NCBI GenBank assembly: GCA_965235115.1
Contig: OZ249444.1
Span: 29,884,001 to 29,948,000 of the forward strand
Direction: 5' to 3'
DNA from: Laetmonice hystrix
Taxonomy: Eukaryota
DNA length: 64,000 nt
A program made the translations under genes and the position numbers. How positions within the stretch are numbered: the stretch's first letter is position 1; every line of letters begins with the position of its first letter. Below, piece by piece: positions 12,410 to 24,994 of this stretch. The notes below the pieces were generated by a model. It was given only the letters and a program-made list of their open reading frames with translations. It did no database searches and had not been told where the DNA came from.

Positions 12410-12960
12410 CCTTGTGGCTGTCAGGTCTGTTACAGCCAGGTCTGTGACAGCCAGGCTTATGACTGTACCGTCTGGGACTGCACGGTCTAAGACTGCAAAA
12501 TCTGTATCTGCCAGGCCTGTAACTGCCAGGTCTGTTACAGCCAGGTCTGTGACAGCCAGGCTTGTGACTGCACCGTATGGGACTGCACGGTGTAAGACTG
12601 CAAAATCTGTATCTGCCAGGCCTGTAACTGCCAGGTCTGTTACAGCCAGGTCTGTGACAGCCAGGCTTATGACTGCACCGTATGGGACTGCACGGTCTAA
12701 GACTGCAAAATCTGTATCTGCCAGGCCTGTAACTGCCAGGTCTGTTACAGCCAGGTATGTGACAGCCAGGCTTGTGACTGCACCGTATGGGACTGCACGG
12801 TCTAAGACTGCAAAATCTGTATCTGTGACAACCAGGCCTGTGATTGCCAGGTCTGTTACAGCCAGGTATGTGAACTGCAAGCTCGGTCTGTAACTGTACG
12901 GTCTGTGACTGCAAAGCCTGACTGCACGGTCCGTGACTGCCAGGTGTGTGACTGACAGGT
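12410..12960. repeat. 15-bp subunit minisatellite organised as a 105-bp (7x15) higher-order repeat
   Basis: GACTGCACGG recurs at 12476, 12581, 12686 and 12791. Subunits are of the type GTCTGTGACAGCCAG. Confidence 0.93.
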
Positions 12961-13878
12961 AGAATTACACTCCGAATCAAGAACATGGGGATGTTTTTTG
13001 ATCTTACAGGGGCGGTAACGTATGACGTATTCGTCTTTACAGACAGACTCTTGCCTTGCGTGCCTGACTTTTCATATCATTAAGATATCGTATTATCGTA
13101 TGGAGAGACATGCAGTTCGCTCAAGCGAGAGTGGTTACTTGAAGGCCAGGTCGTGTGACGGTGTCTACATTTTTTAATGGCTTCGATATCAGAATACATG
13201 TTGCCCACAAGGTTTTCAATAGTTAGAGCCTGGTATCCATGGCGATCCTGTATCACCCCAAGGCGACCTGTAACAACCAGTCATAAACGTGGAATTCATG
13301 ATTCACCGTTATTTATGCTGGTTGAAAAAGGGGGCCCGTAAACATGTATAATTGAAGTGACCTGGGCGGGTTACAATTGTCATGTGATCCACATCCGGGG
13401 TCCGTGATCACTGAGTGACATGAACATAGCTCGTTTCTCAATGTGTATTATTATTGGTCGGAAGAACCGACGCTCTGCGAGGCCTGCTACCATTGAGTCT
13501 GGATGAAACTTGTATCCATGAGCACGCTGACTCACTCTGTGTGTCACAAAGAGACCCAAACGTCCCAGTACAATAGCGAGCGGATGAAGCCACTAAGTGC
13601 AGGGGTTAGTCCTCGAGGATAGATCTATGGTCGTGTTCCACAGTGGAGAACGCGATGAGTGGGTGGGGTCGTGACCGTGGGAATCGTCTTCTAACTGCCT
13701 GGGTTCGGTAGCTGGCAACTAGACTAGTATAAATTCTAACACCAACAATATTAGATGGTTTGGGGCAGTGACCGCCATATAAAGATCTTTTATTACGTCA
13801 TATTTTGACCCTTTTTGGTGACCCGATTTCGGTAAATATTTATTATGTTGGTCCCCAGAAGACATACCACGGAGAAAC

Positions 13879-14037
13879 AGTAGCGTACCCGGGGGGGGGG
13901 GGGGTGCTTGGGGTGCGCCTCAATTTGCCAATTTTTTTTTGGGTGCGCTTGTTACCCACAGCGCCCTCACAATTTGCAGCGCCTACGACGTTGGTTATTT
14001 CCAGCACCCCCTGGGTCCAGTTTCTGGGTACGCCACT
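13879..14037. mobile_element. Small MITE with perfect target-site duplication
   Basis: GGAGAAAC|AGTAGCGTACCC...GGGTACGCCACT|GGAGAAAC: 8-bp direct repeat and 12-bp TIR with one mismatch. An equivalent reading is CAG..CTG termini with a 6-bp GAGAAA duplication. Confidence 0.8.
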
Positions 14038-15143
14038 GGAGAAACGACTTTCTACCACCATGTCATATAATGAAACGGTCACTGAAAAAAAATGCTGTTT
14101 GTGTTGGGGTGATTATTAATATTTATCACACGCTGGTGCCGCTAACAATTACATCGTGCCTTTTTAGATTTCATGTAGATATGGCATTCGATGGTGACTA
14201 CCTCGTGCATCGTGCCCTAAATAAGCTGTTGGTTGCATCTCGAACATATTAGGGCATACAACATTCTAGCCTTCCCTCCAGCATGCAATATTCACTAAAC
14301 ACTGCTATATCCAATGTTAAATGTCAGTTGACGTCAAGTTGTCACATTTCCTAGTTTGTACACGTAGAGTATGTTCCATATGGGACACTCCTCCGCTGGG
14401 CCCTGGGCCTCGGTGCCATCTCCGGTCGCTGCCTGATGAGGACCCTGACAATACTTTGGGTGGCATATTTCCAGGACAAATAACATCAGTGGTACGACTG
14501 GCACAGGCCTGCCTGCCCTGATGAGACTAGCAGTAGTCGTTAATAACCAATATCCAGGTTGTAAAACCTGCTAGAATGTGGCCATCATCAGCACTGGCGG
14601 GACCATTCGGTGATTATACGCACGATGAACAAACTTGTTTCTGTTGCGGGGACATTCAGCCATCCTCCACGTTCAGTCTCCCTCCTCTCCCCGAACGACC
14701 TTTGGAAACTAGCCACACAGTTCACTGTTTATATGATCTCAACTAACCCCCATAGGACAACCCCATGTCCACTAATCAAGCCATCCAAAACAAGCGTATC
14801 CTTATTTTTCCTATGTTCCTATGTTTTTCGTCCATGTGTGTCGATTTGGACCGTTTATTTAACGATCATCTTGGATGAAGATATAAAAATACATAAAAAC
14901 ATGTCACCTCAGGATATCTGCTATGTACATATATAAAGATATTTGTGAGCAAGTTGTATACCCAAAACTGCAGAAATGACAAAGTCCGGTTTTTCAAAAG
15001 TAAAGATGTTGCTTAAAGCAACCTACTACTGTCTCAAAGTAGCAAAATCACCCTTAATTTGGATTGAGGCATCAGTACCATAGGAATCACCTGTGTCAGG
15101 CATACCAACCGGTTCCCGAGTCAAAAGTTGCCAAATTATGCAG

Positions 15144-15228
15144 ACTTATTCGACTACCTGGATCGCCGCTCAAGTCTCCTCAACCCAGACTTTGTTTACA
15201 TCATCGATCACGTGATGGGGATTCCTTG
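15144..15228 (+). CDS. Putative coding exon, unknown protein (DLFDYLDRRSSLLNPDFVYIIDHVMGIP)
   Basis: TGCAG acceptor (weak pyrimidine tract), TG|GTGGGT donor and many C-ending codons. No family can be assigned with confidence. Confidence 0.25.
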
Positions 15229-18200
15229 GTGGGTCATCGCCATTGGCTCTCCAAGTCACAGTCTCGATCATCCAGACCCTCAGTGACCCGAGTCTTGACA
15301 AGTTTGTATCTCCGAGTTGTTCCCGGGTGTGTACATAAGCGGCCCGTTTACAAGGTTTCAGTTTCCGGTTTGCTCGCAGCTGATTGGTCAATATACTGGA
15401 AATCTAGCCCGTGACGTCTCGCATACGAAACAATATTATCTTATGTGATCAGGTCCAGTGCAAAGTGTTATGGAAGGGAAGTACTTCATGCGACCACAGG
15501 CTGGTCTGTGCGAAACATTGTATTCGCATGGTCGATGTGTCCTTGTGTTGATCATGTAAAATACAGTGTTAGGATTAGTAAATCATTAATACCTAGAGAC
15601 GTAGTCGGAATTACGGAATCCGCTTACGGCATGGAGCACGGGCAGTGGGGCGGTGCTACTACCACGCCACCTTGCGACGAACATATGCTGGGCACAAACT
15701 TAGACCCAGACTCTCGCGAAGACTGTCCAAGTCAATGGAAGTCAATGACAGGGCAACTACTTGTCAACAACCAGCCATTAAGACGATCGCTTCATAGCGA
15801 CAATAGGTGACTGCAATGTTTAATCTCACGAGATTTCTCCATTTCTGTGGGTATTCGTGTATGTAGTCTGAGGCCTTATCTAACCAGCCCATGTCTGTAT
15901 TTCGGAGTCCGGAGAGATACTCGGTGACTGCTTTAAGTGGCGGTGAACCCAGAGGCATTGTCACTCCCATGGAAATTTGCATGGTTTGTGTCTTCAAACA
16001 CCGACAAGTTCTCAGTTCTGTCTGGTTCAGCACATGGCCGTGCATATTGAGGCAGTAATTACTCGCAGTATGAGAGGAGGGATTTTAGAATTCATGAACC
16101 GTCCTCTCATCAGGGCCCGACCTTTTGATGGCTTAGTTATCTCGGCTCGGAATTATGTCGTTACTTTCCAGAGAATAGTGGATATGAACATGTTTTGTTT
16201 CCCGGCTTCATCAGTATGGCAGCAGTTCCCTGATCGTTGTCCAATTACACGAGGCCGGGTTAAGCGGCAAACAGCGATGATGAGGAAAATTAGATTTCTT
16301 TATAGGTTTCTGTATCATAGACTGAGCGCACACAAAAGCTGTTGTTTCGATATTCCAATGAATAGTTTGCACACAACACCAGTATAGTTCATCTTCCTGA
16401 AACGCTTGTCCATTCAGCAAGCCTGCGCTCATATTAAATGTCAAATATGAGAAAAGTGAAAAAAGACAATTGCATGAGGTTCTTTCTGCCATTCCCGAAT
16501 ATATCTCGTATGACAGCCTCTAATGGCTATTAAAATCTGAACTCCTGGGAAACTGGCTCTTGGGGGAAGTTGATAGAAAGCACGCTAGCCACAGTTCTCG
16601 GGAGTGATCTTGCCCTTTGGTTTAGCACCATTAAGTTTGACTCATATTCCTGTCATTTGCAAGAAGGTTAGTTGTTTACTTGCTAGTTGTTTACGAGTGT
16701 ATAGAGTGTTATAATGGCTTACATACAGACGTGCGTGAGACTCAGAGACTCTGGCAGGAACCCATGCACAATAATATCTTCTGTTTCAAACCGTGTCTGG
16801 CACGTCCTCGGGCAGCAGTGGTGATGATACCACGTCCTTTGAGATATGATATATGTGGGACAGCACATGAAGAACTATCTGGTCACAATGATGAACACGT
16901 GAGAGACCGTGCACACGGGCATACCCCGGGTTCAGACATACGCTCGACCCTGTTGGTGGTTAACTATTTAAAGGTTACCTATGTAGGATTCTCTACTTTA
17001 TTTGAGGAAATCCTTTCCCGTGGATACATACAATACGATGGACTGTCCTCCAGAAATCGTCATACTAGTGTTTTTATTTTATTCTTAGAAATGTTCTTAG
17101 ATTCGTCGAAAAAAATGGAGAACGCAAATTGCGCTATAGATATAGTCTATGGCCAGAACTGCCGCCGCCCCAACCAACCAAAAAAGAATCAGAAAAAAGT
17201 AATTCATTATGGCTATGCTTCTCGGTAAAGCTCCCCTGAACCCGTGTCGGCTTAGGCCACTATTTGCCACGTTGTATCAGTATCAGTTTACGCCCACTCC
17301 GTGTGCAGACAATTCTTGAATGTACGCGTTCAACAAGACAAATCTCTTATATACGTCAAAGGTCTAAATTAGGTACATCCCCCGTGGTAACTTTCTCTCC
17401 CCCCCCCCCCCCACACACAAAATTTGACAGAAAGTAACGATCCATAGCCCTGACCTTAACCCTAACCGCTAATCCCGTCCCCCCCAAAGACATATCCCTG
17501 TCCCTATCCCTGAACTTAACCCGACCTCGTGCCCAAACATTGTGTGGCAAAGTTATCATGGGGGATAGCCCTAAAGGGCAGACAGTACTTAAGCTGTATA
17601 GGTCCAGCACTTTTTTTTATCCATCACCTTTTATTTCCAAATATCACGCACTGTACAATGGTGGATGTGCTGCTTAACGTCGGCTGCCTGGGCCAGCATA
17701 CGAGTTGTTGTCGTGTTTAAGTAGTAAGCCTCAGCGAGTCTTCTTTTAGTGGTTCGACAAGTATTTTAATGGTAAAACATCAAAGTCCCAGTATGCATCT
17801 CTCTGACCTAGCCAGGTCCCCTGCTCTACGTACACGTAACATAGCGGACGCGTCTGTAAGGCAGGGTACCAGGCGACTCTCTGAACTGGGAGGTCAAAAT
17901 GGCCGCGATAGGCAGAGAGCGAAATTCATCCATTCCAGACTTTGTGCTGCCCTTATTATGTCTCACTGTGCTTTCCAACCTTGGGAATAAGTTACTTTAA
18001 GCGTGTTTATCAATATTCAGTCCAGATATATGGGCAGGGGAGGGGGTTTCATGGTAGTCTGATGATTTGGCCGAACACACCAGGAACATACACTCAGTGG
18101 CGTCCGTCCCTGTATAGGGCACGCTCACATTCGCGCCCATTTTCTGAAATGAACGCTCACAGATCCTGCACGGGAGCCTGGGTAAGCCGCAGGGGACCAG

Positions 18201-18515
18201 GAACCGCTTGCCGAACTATAGGCCTATTTCTTTTGAGAAATATGGCGGATTTCCCCGTGACACTAGCCAAACCGGTGGTTAATCGAAAGACAAACACTCA
18301 GCGTAAGTTTGAATAAAGAAATATCACTGCTTGATGCCCCTCTTCGATAGGCCTAGGCCTACTTTATGTCACTGGCGTAGTAAGCTAACGAGTGAGGTGG
18401 CGCGCATATTCATATTTGGGCCGTGAGTGATATGTAATCTGTGAGAGTGCTTTCCCCGAACGAACGAAGATTGCCGAAGATTACCGAAAGGACTCGAGTG
18501 TGAGAATGTGTATAC

Positions 18516-18955
18516 GGTAGTAGTACAGAGACGGATACCCTGTCTATTGTCGTGTATACACTAAGGTAGTAGTACAGAGACGGATACCCTGTCTATTGTC
18601 GTGTATACACTACTGTAGTAGTACAGAGACGGATACCCTGTCTATTGTCGTGTATACACTAAGGTAGTAGTACAGAGACGGATACCCTGTTGTCGTGTAT
18701 ACACTACTGTAGTAGTACAGAGACGGATACCCTGTCTATTGTCGTGTATACACTACGGTAGTAGTACAGAGACGGATACCCTGTCTATTGTCGTGTATAC
18801 ACTACGGTAGTAGTACAGAGACGGATACCCTGTCTATTGTCGTGTATACACTACGGTAGTAGTACAGAGACGGATACCCTGTCTATTGTCGTGGATACAC
18901 TACAGTAGTAGTACAGAGACGGATACCCTGTCTATTGTCGTGTATACACTAACGG
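18516..18955. repeat. Minisatellite, 49-bp unit, about 9 copies
   Basis: Unit GTAGTAGTACAGAGACGGATACCCTGTCTATTGTCGTGTATACACTACG. Confidence 0.96.
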
Positions 18956-19217
18956 TATACAAACACTGAAACCAATCCAATTGTTAGTCAAACATTCGTA
19001 GTCAGGATTTGTGTATGATCTCATCAAACAGAATGTTTGAATTTCTGTGAATCATCGCAACGACCGCGGTGATAAAATAAAATTGTCTCTTACAGGGAAT
19101 ACATCCTACATCTTACTTTTTTCGTCTCCACACAGGTCCATGCCACCCAAGCCAGCGGATTCGTGACCGTTGTAAGCAAGTGTAAATGTAATAGCTATTT
19201 ATATTGAATCTTTGCAG

Positions 19218-19340
19218 ACATCGACGAATGTACAACCCGTCAACATTCATGTCCACCCACAGCTACATGTCAGAACGAGGTCGGATCATATGTCTGCCAA
19301 TGTGGATACAGTTACTATGGCAACAGAGGAACGTGCATGA
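19218..19340 (+). CDS. Internal exon encoding one calcium-binding EGF-like domain (fibrillin/fibulin/nidogen/LTBP-type module)
   Basis: Acceptor TCTTTGCAG, donor GTGAGT, 123 bp, phase 1-1. Translation (D)IDECTTRQHSCPPTATCQNEVGSYVCQCGYSYYGNRGTCM has six Cys with EGF spacing, the DIDEC start and a CxNxxGSYxC hydroxylation-type motif. Confidence 0.92.
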   Translation, partial: TSTNVQPVNIHVHPQLHVRTRSDHMSANVDTVTMATEERA

Positions 19341-20184
19341 GTGAGTACCAGCAATACTTGAACACTTTCACTTGCCATAAGTTGTCCTTGTTATCACCTT
19401 GTGTTATTTTCACCCTTAGATTAAAGGAGTTGTGTCTATGATGTAGTCATTTAATCTACAGTTTATTGTTGAGATTGTTAAAATGTCAGAGTTTGTCATG
19501 TTGTCGTCAGATTTCAAAGTAAGTCTGGCCATATAGGAAATTATTGTCACTGATAGCAGTTCTCGTACGGGCGAGACTTCCGCCACCGCCAGGAGGCGCA
19601 ATTGTACTCGGCCGCGTCCACTTCCGGAAAACCTGCCAGTCAAACACGTACAAATCTTGGACCGCCAGAATACAGAACTTATGATCGCTTTGCCTTCTAA
19701 ATTAAAACGATGAATCCTGCCTTTAGCCTCGGGAATAACAGAATTGTTGGATTTGACCTTGAAGATGAGCATTGCAAGAAGATGGTCCAGTGTTTGGGCC
19801 GATAACGGGGTTATGGTAGACGTAGCGGTCGGTGAGCTCCTCCGACATTTTGACGGAGCGACTGATGGTAGATCAACCTTTATACGTCAGCATGAGGGCA
19901 GAACCCTCTCGACAAAACCTTATTGAATTGCACCACATTAAACGCCAGTTACTGGGTGGACTAGTACAGTTTAGTCGTGAGGGTTAAGTAGAAGCCTTCA
20001 TGCCGCTGTAATCAGGGCTCCTGTAATAGTTTGTTGGAATACAAGGACAGAAAGCCATGACGACATGCCGTATCTCAACCGGTCTGGTGTTGTCGGTGGT
20101 TCTATCGACACACTTTTGTTTAACATACCGACAGCTCGGTCAATGAAGTCCTCGCAGAGGTCAGTCAACCGCGTTCAGACCTCA

Positions 20185-21215
20185 GTTGAGATCAGTCGAC
20201 TGAGGTCTGGTCTAAGTCAACCTAGTTGTGATCAGTCGACTGAGGTCTGGTCTAAGTCAACCTAGCTGAGATCAGTCGACTGAGGTCTGGTCTAAGTCAA
20301 CCTAGTTGAGATCAGTCGACTGAGGTCTGGTCTAAGTCAACCTAGTTGAGATCAGTCGACTGAGGTCTGGTCTAAGTCAACCTAGTTGAGATCAGTCGAC
20401 TGAGGTCTGGTCTAAGTCAACCTAGCTGAGATCAGTCGACTGAGGTCTGGTCTAAGTCAACCTAGTTGAGATCAGTCGACTGAGGTCTGGTCTAAGTCAA
20501 CCTAGTTGAGATCAGTCGACTGAGGTCTGGTCTAAGTCAACCTAGTTGAGATCAGTCGACTGAGGTCTGGTCTAAGTCAACCTAGTTGAGATCAGTCGAC
20601 TGAGGTCTGGTCTAAGTCAACCTAGCTGAGATCAGTCGACTGAGGTCTGGTCTAAGTCAACCTAGCTGAGATCAGTCGACTGAGGTCTGGTCTAAGTCAA
20701 CCTAGCTGAGATCAGTCGACTGAGGTCTGGCCTAAGTCAACCTAGCTGAGATCAGTCGACTGAGGTCTGGTCTAAGTCAACCTAGCTGAGATCAGTCGAC
20801 TGAGGTCTGGCCTAAGTCAACCTAGCTGAGATCGGTCGACTGAGGTCTGGTTTAAGTCAACCTAGCTGAGATCAGTCGACTGAGGTCTGGTCTAAGTCAA
20901 CCTAGCTGAGATCAGTCGACTGAGGTCTGGTCTAAGTCAACCTAGCTGAGATCAGTCGACTGAGGTCTGGTCTAAGTCAACCTAGCTGAGATCAGTCGAC
21001 TGAGGTCTGGTCTCAGTCAGCCCGGTTGAGATCAGTCGGCTGAGGTCTGGTCTAAGTCAACCTAGCTGAGATCAGTCGACTGAGGTCTGGCCTAAGTCAA
21101 CCTAGTTGAGATCAGTCGACTGAGGTCTGGTCTAAGTCAACCTAGCTGAGATCAGTCGACTGAGGTCTGGTCTCAGTCAGCCCGGTTGAGATCAGTCGGC
21201 CGGGGTCTGGCCTCA
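20185..21215. repeat. Minisatellite, 40-bp unit, about 26 copies
   Basis: Unit GAGATCAGTCGACTGAGGTCTGGTCTAAGTCAACCTAGTT, which contains the 12-bp palindrome TCAGTCGACTGA. Confidence 0.97.
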
Positions 21216-21847
21216 GTTGGCCTCGCTTGCTCTCAGTGACAAGAACCGGCCGGCCTTCAGCAATCAGATAATATGGTCCAGTACCACTTAAAAGCACAGC
21301 TCGAATTTCTCCTGCGGTTTCATTTCGTACTCTGGGGTTTTACGTTGTAATGGTGGCAAACATTGGTGGTTCATGGGGAAATACTTGTTTGCCTCGCCTA
21401 TAGATTTGTCCTGCTGTAGACTCGACCATCAGTCCTCCTATTCGCAAGCTGTATACGGACTGGACACAAATACATCTGATACGTCTGATGCCACCAGATG
21501 TCAACACCCTGAGCTGCCTTCCCATATTTGGATGTGGCCTAGGCGGGTCCCCGACTCCGTCGCAACGCGGAGCGACATTTAGAGCAGGGGACCAGAGTAA
21601 GGTCGAGGTTTCTAGGTCACAATGCCGCGCTCGTCCAATCAGCTCCGATGATCGTTTTCTATCACGGTCACCGTGTTCGTGTAACCTAGATAGGCGTTTG
21701 CGTGCAGACCCTTTTTTCGAGCGACGAGCGGCCTCTAGCGGGAAAAAGCGTCTGGTGATCGAGACTCAACCTGCTGCTGCAGCTTCCGGCTCAGACTGGG
21801 TATGAGTGGGGGGAGGGGAGCAAAGATTGGGCCGGTCACCAACGGTG

Positions 21848-22704
21848 GGTCATGGACTGTGACCGAGGGCGACTCTAAGACTTGGCCTGTGATCACGGGC
21901 GACTCTGGGACTTGGCCTGTGACCGAGGGCGACTCTAGGACTTGGCCTGTGACCGAGGGCGACTCTAGGCCTTGGCCTGTGACCGAGGGCCACTCTAGGA
22001 CTTGGCCTGTGACCGAGGGCGACTCTAGGCCTTGGCCTGTGACCGAGGGCGACTCTAGGCCTTGGCCTGTGACCGAGGGCCACTCTAGGACTTGGCCTGT
22101 GACCGAGGGCGACTCTAGGCCTTGGCCTGTGACCGAGGGCGACTCTAGGCCTTGGCCTGTGACCGAGGGCCACTCTAGGACTTGGCCTGTGACCGAGGGC
22201 CACTCTAGGACTTGGCCTGTGACCGAGGGCCACTCTAGGACTTGGCCTGTGACCGAGGGCCACTCTAGGACTTGGCCTGAGACCGAGGGCCACTCTAGGC
22301 CTTGGCCTGTGACCGAGGGCGGGTCCTAGACTTGGCCTGTGACCGAGGGCCACTCTAGGACTTGGCCTGTGACCGAGGGCCACTCTAGGACTTGGCCTGT
22401 GACCGAGGGCCACTCTAGGACTTGGCCTGTGACCGAGGGCCACTCTAGGACTTGGCCTGTGACCGAGGGCCACTCTAGGACTTGGCCTGTGACCGAGGGC
22501 CACTCTAGGACTTGGCCTGTGACCGAGGGTCACTCTAGGACTTGGCCTGTGACCGAGGGCCACTCTAGGACTTGGCCTGTGACCGAGGGCCACTCTAGGA
22601 CTTGGCCTGTGACCGAGGGCGGGTCCTAGACTTGGCCTGTGACCGAGGGCCACTCTAGGACTTGGCCTGTGACCGAGGGCCACTCTAGGACTTGGCCTGT
22701 GACC
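21848..22704. repeat. Minisatellite, 30-bp unit, about 28 copies
   Basis: Unit GACCGAGGGCCACTCTAGGACTTGGCCTGT. ORFs 21802-22329, 21850-22683 and 22339-22629 are its translations. Confidence 0.97.
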
Positions 22705-24994
22705 AAGAACAAGTCCAGATGATGACCACTCTGAACCAGTCCTGGTGAGATTTGCGGGGTTTGGGTTTCCCTTTGTTCATTTTGAGGCTCGATCCCTGAG
22801 AAGTGCTTTCCGGGGCCATTTATTGATTCCGATGCACGAACCCCTTTGCTGGATCTAAAAGACGAAACAGCCAATATTAGCACGGGACGGGGTGTTAGTG
22901 TGGGGGAGGTGGCGGTGTGGGAGGGTGTGTGTGGGGGTGGGGGGGGGGGGGTTGAGAGAAGTACCTAGTTTAAGTGTCTTGTTGCCGAACAAGTCAATGT
23001 TGGTGTTTTGATCTGAGGAGGTGGGGAGAGGTCCCAAATTTAGTCAATAAAGACATGGACAAGACTTCCATCGAGAACCATCAGCTCCTCCAGCAGAGAT
23101 CGCAGCACTCTGTTCAATTGTTCCTCCCAAGTTCGCTTCAACTGCTCGACAATTCTGGGAAAACTCGCCATTGCCTGGCCATTGCTGTCTAGCATTTCAT
23201 TACATCATGCAGAAAAAAACAAAGCAGCGGCATAAAAAGTGCAATATTCCTCAAAGCTTTTAGCATGCTCGACAGTTGGTCTAAGTGATCCGACGCAGAA
23301 ATTGAGATTGTTAATTTAATTTCCACACGTCACAATTAGCTAATATCCATTAAGTATAGTTTTTAGCTGAGTCGATGTGGTTGATGGCGAGGATATAGGG
23401 CTACAAAACAATGGATGTTCATGGATGTAATGAGGCAAGGGTCGGGGAGAACCACTACAGGGAGACGTTGTGACAAGATTACAGAGACATACGAGTACGC
23501 AGTTCTCTCCTACATGAAGGGGGTGGGTGGGGGGCTCTTAGCAAATGTCGAAGGCAAAAAAATCTACCCTTGAAACAATCAATATAGCCTTTTGTTGCTC
23601 AACCTCTTCTCATATATATCATATATATCAAGAGGTATGGAATGGCTGTTTTATGGTAACATTATATCATGCACATTGTCTGACAATTAAAATAATCTCG
23701 CATGGCTGAACTAATGAATCTATTAAAGTGCGTTTTATGCAAATTGTCTTCTTACACGCACCACAGTGTAAAGCAGGGAGAAATGATAAATTATGACTGA
23801 AAAAGAAAACCTTATGGAGAAGTACCATGTGGTTTAGCTAGAACACCAGTGTCGAGTTGTCATCCCAGACTGGGATTCACAGTGACGTCATATCCGATTG
23901 TGTGATCCTGTTGATTTCGGTCGACCACAGATGAATTCGACATGTGAATCTTCCCAGTGAACCTGACAGTCAATGGGAGATCGCCCTAGAATTGTTAGTT
24001 TCCGCATTCTACTGTAGAGGTCCCTTGGTTGTATTTTAGCTTCCTGCTCCTTCTCCCAGGGGATTTTTTGTTGGCCACGTGACACAGGAACCGATCAGAT
24101 CTGCTATTTGTATATCAGCACTAGATTAGATTATATATTTCAAGTTTTGCCTACTGTGGCCAACAATAATGTGGCCAGCCGGCCAAGTAGAAACAACCCA
24201 TAAAAGGGCTGATCAGGGTTGGCCCGGCCAGAGTTTATGGGCAGAGCTGGTACCTCGCGATTATAATAATGCTGCTGAGAAATGCTATCAGAACGCCGTC
24301 AAACATTTTGGCAGGTATTTGCAGGCCATGTAACATCATCATCTCTTCACCGGGTCCATTCATTTCCCCATTTCCATTAGCAATCAGGTGTAAAAGGAAC
24401 GTGGGTTCCGGACGTCCCGGGGGGTAACCACCCGTCAACAGGCCCGCACAGAATCAAACCGTGTTTTCCCTGTGCTAACAAGGCGACGGCAGCTCCCCCT
24501 ACCGAGCCGTGCTGGTAGTATGTTATATGTACATCCCCCAGAAATAGTTGTCATCAGCCGCCCCGGGCGTGTACGTACAGAGCGTCCTGGGACCACTAAA
24601 TCTTATCTATGTACAACGGTTACGGCGCACTTGTCAGTATGCAAATAGGAACAGCATTTAGATTCAATTACCGTGTGGAATAAAGGGATGGAAATTTCGG
24701 TGTAAGTCTCTTGTCGTCAGCGTGACGGGCCTACTCTGAGATGTGTTAAAGCTTTCTGGTTTACATCGGTAGCAAACCGAATTATTAAAAATTCACCTCA
24801 GAATATCAGATGGGATTTCATTTTCCCATACTGCTTCACAATTCCATTTCGGGCAGAAGGCAATCTGGCTGGGTTAACCACCTCAGGAATTCTTGGGGAA
24901 CAGACTGAAGACCAGGCAGATTCAGAATACGTTAATTGGCCCCCAAAGGTGGTCCCAGTCCACAGTTCTACTCCAAGTTATTATGTCTGTGCCG

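Noticed and set aside
17445-17525. Telomere-like CCTAAC motifs (also 51120-51210)
   Set aside because: Too short and degenerate for an interstitial telomere. Such motifs are common in non-autonomous elements, but no element ends could be defined.
24232-24314. TPR-like exon (RDYNNAAEKCYQNAVKHFG)
   Set aside because: Only a loose resemblance to a TPR helix, and the acceptor has no pyrimidine tract.
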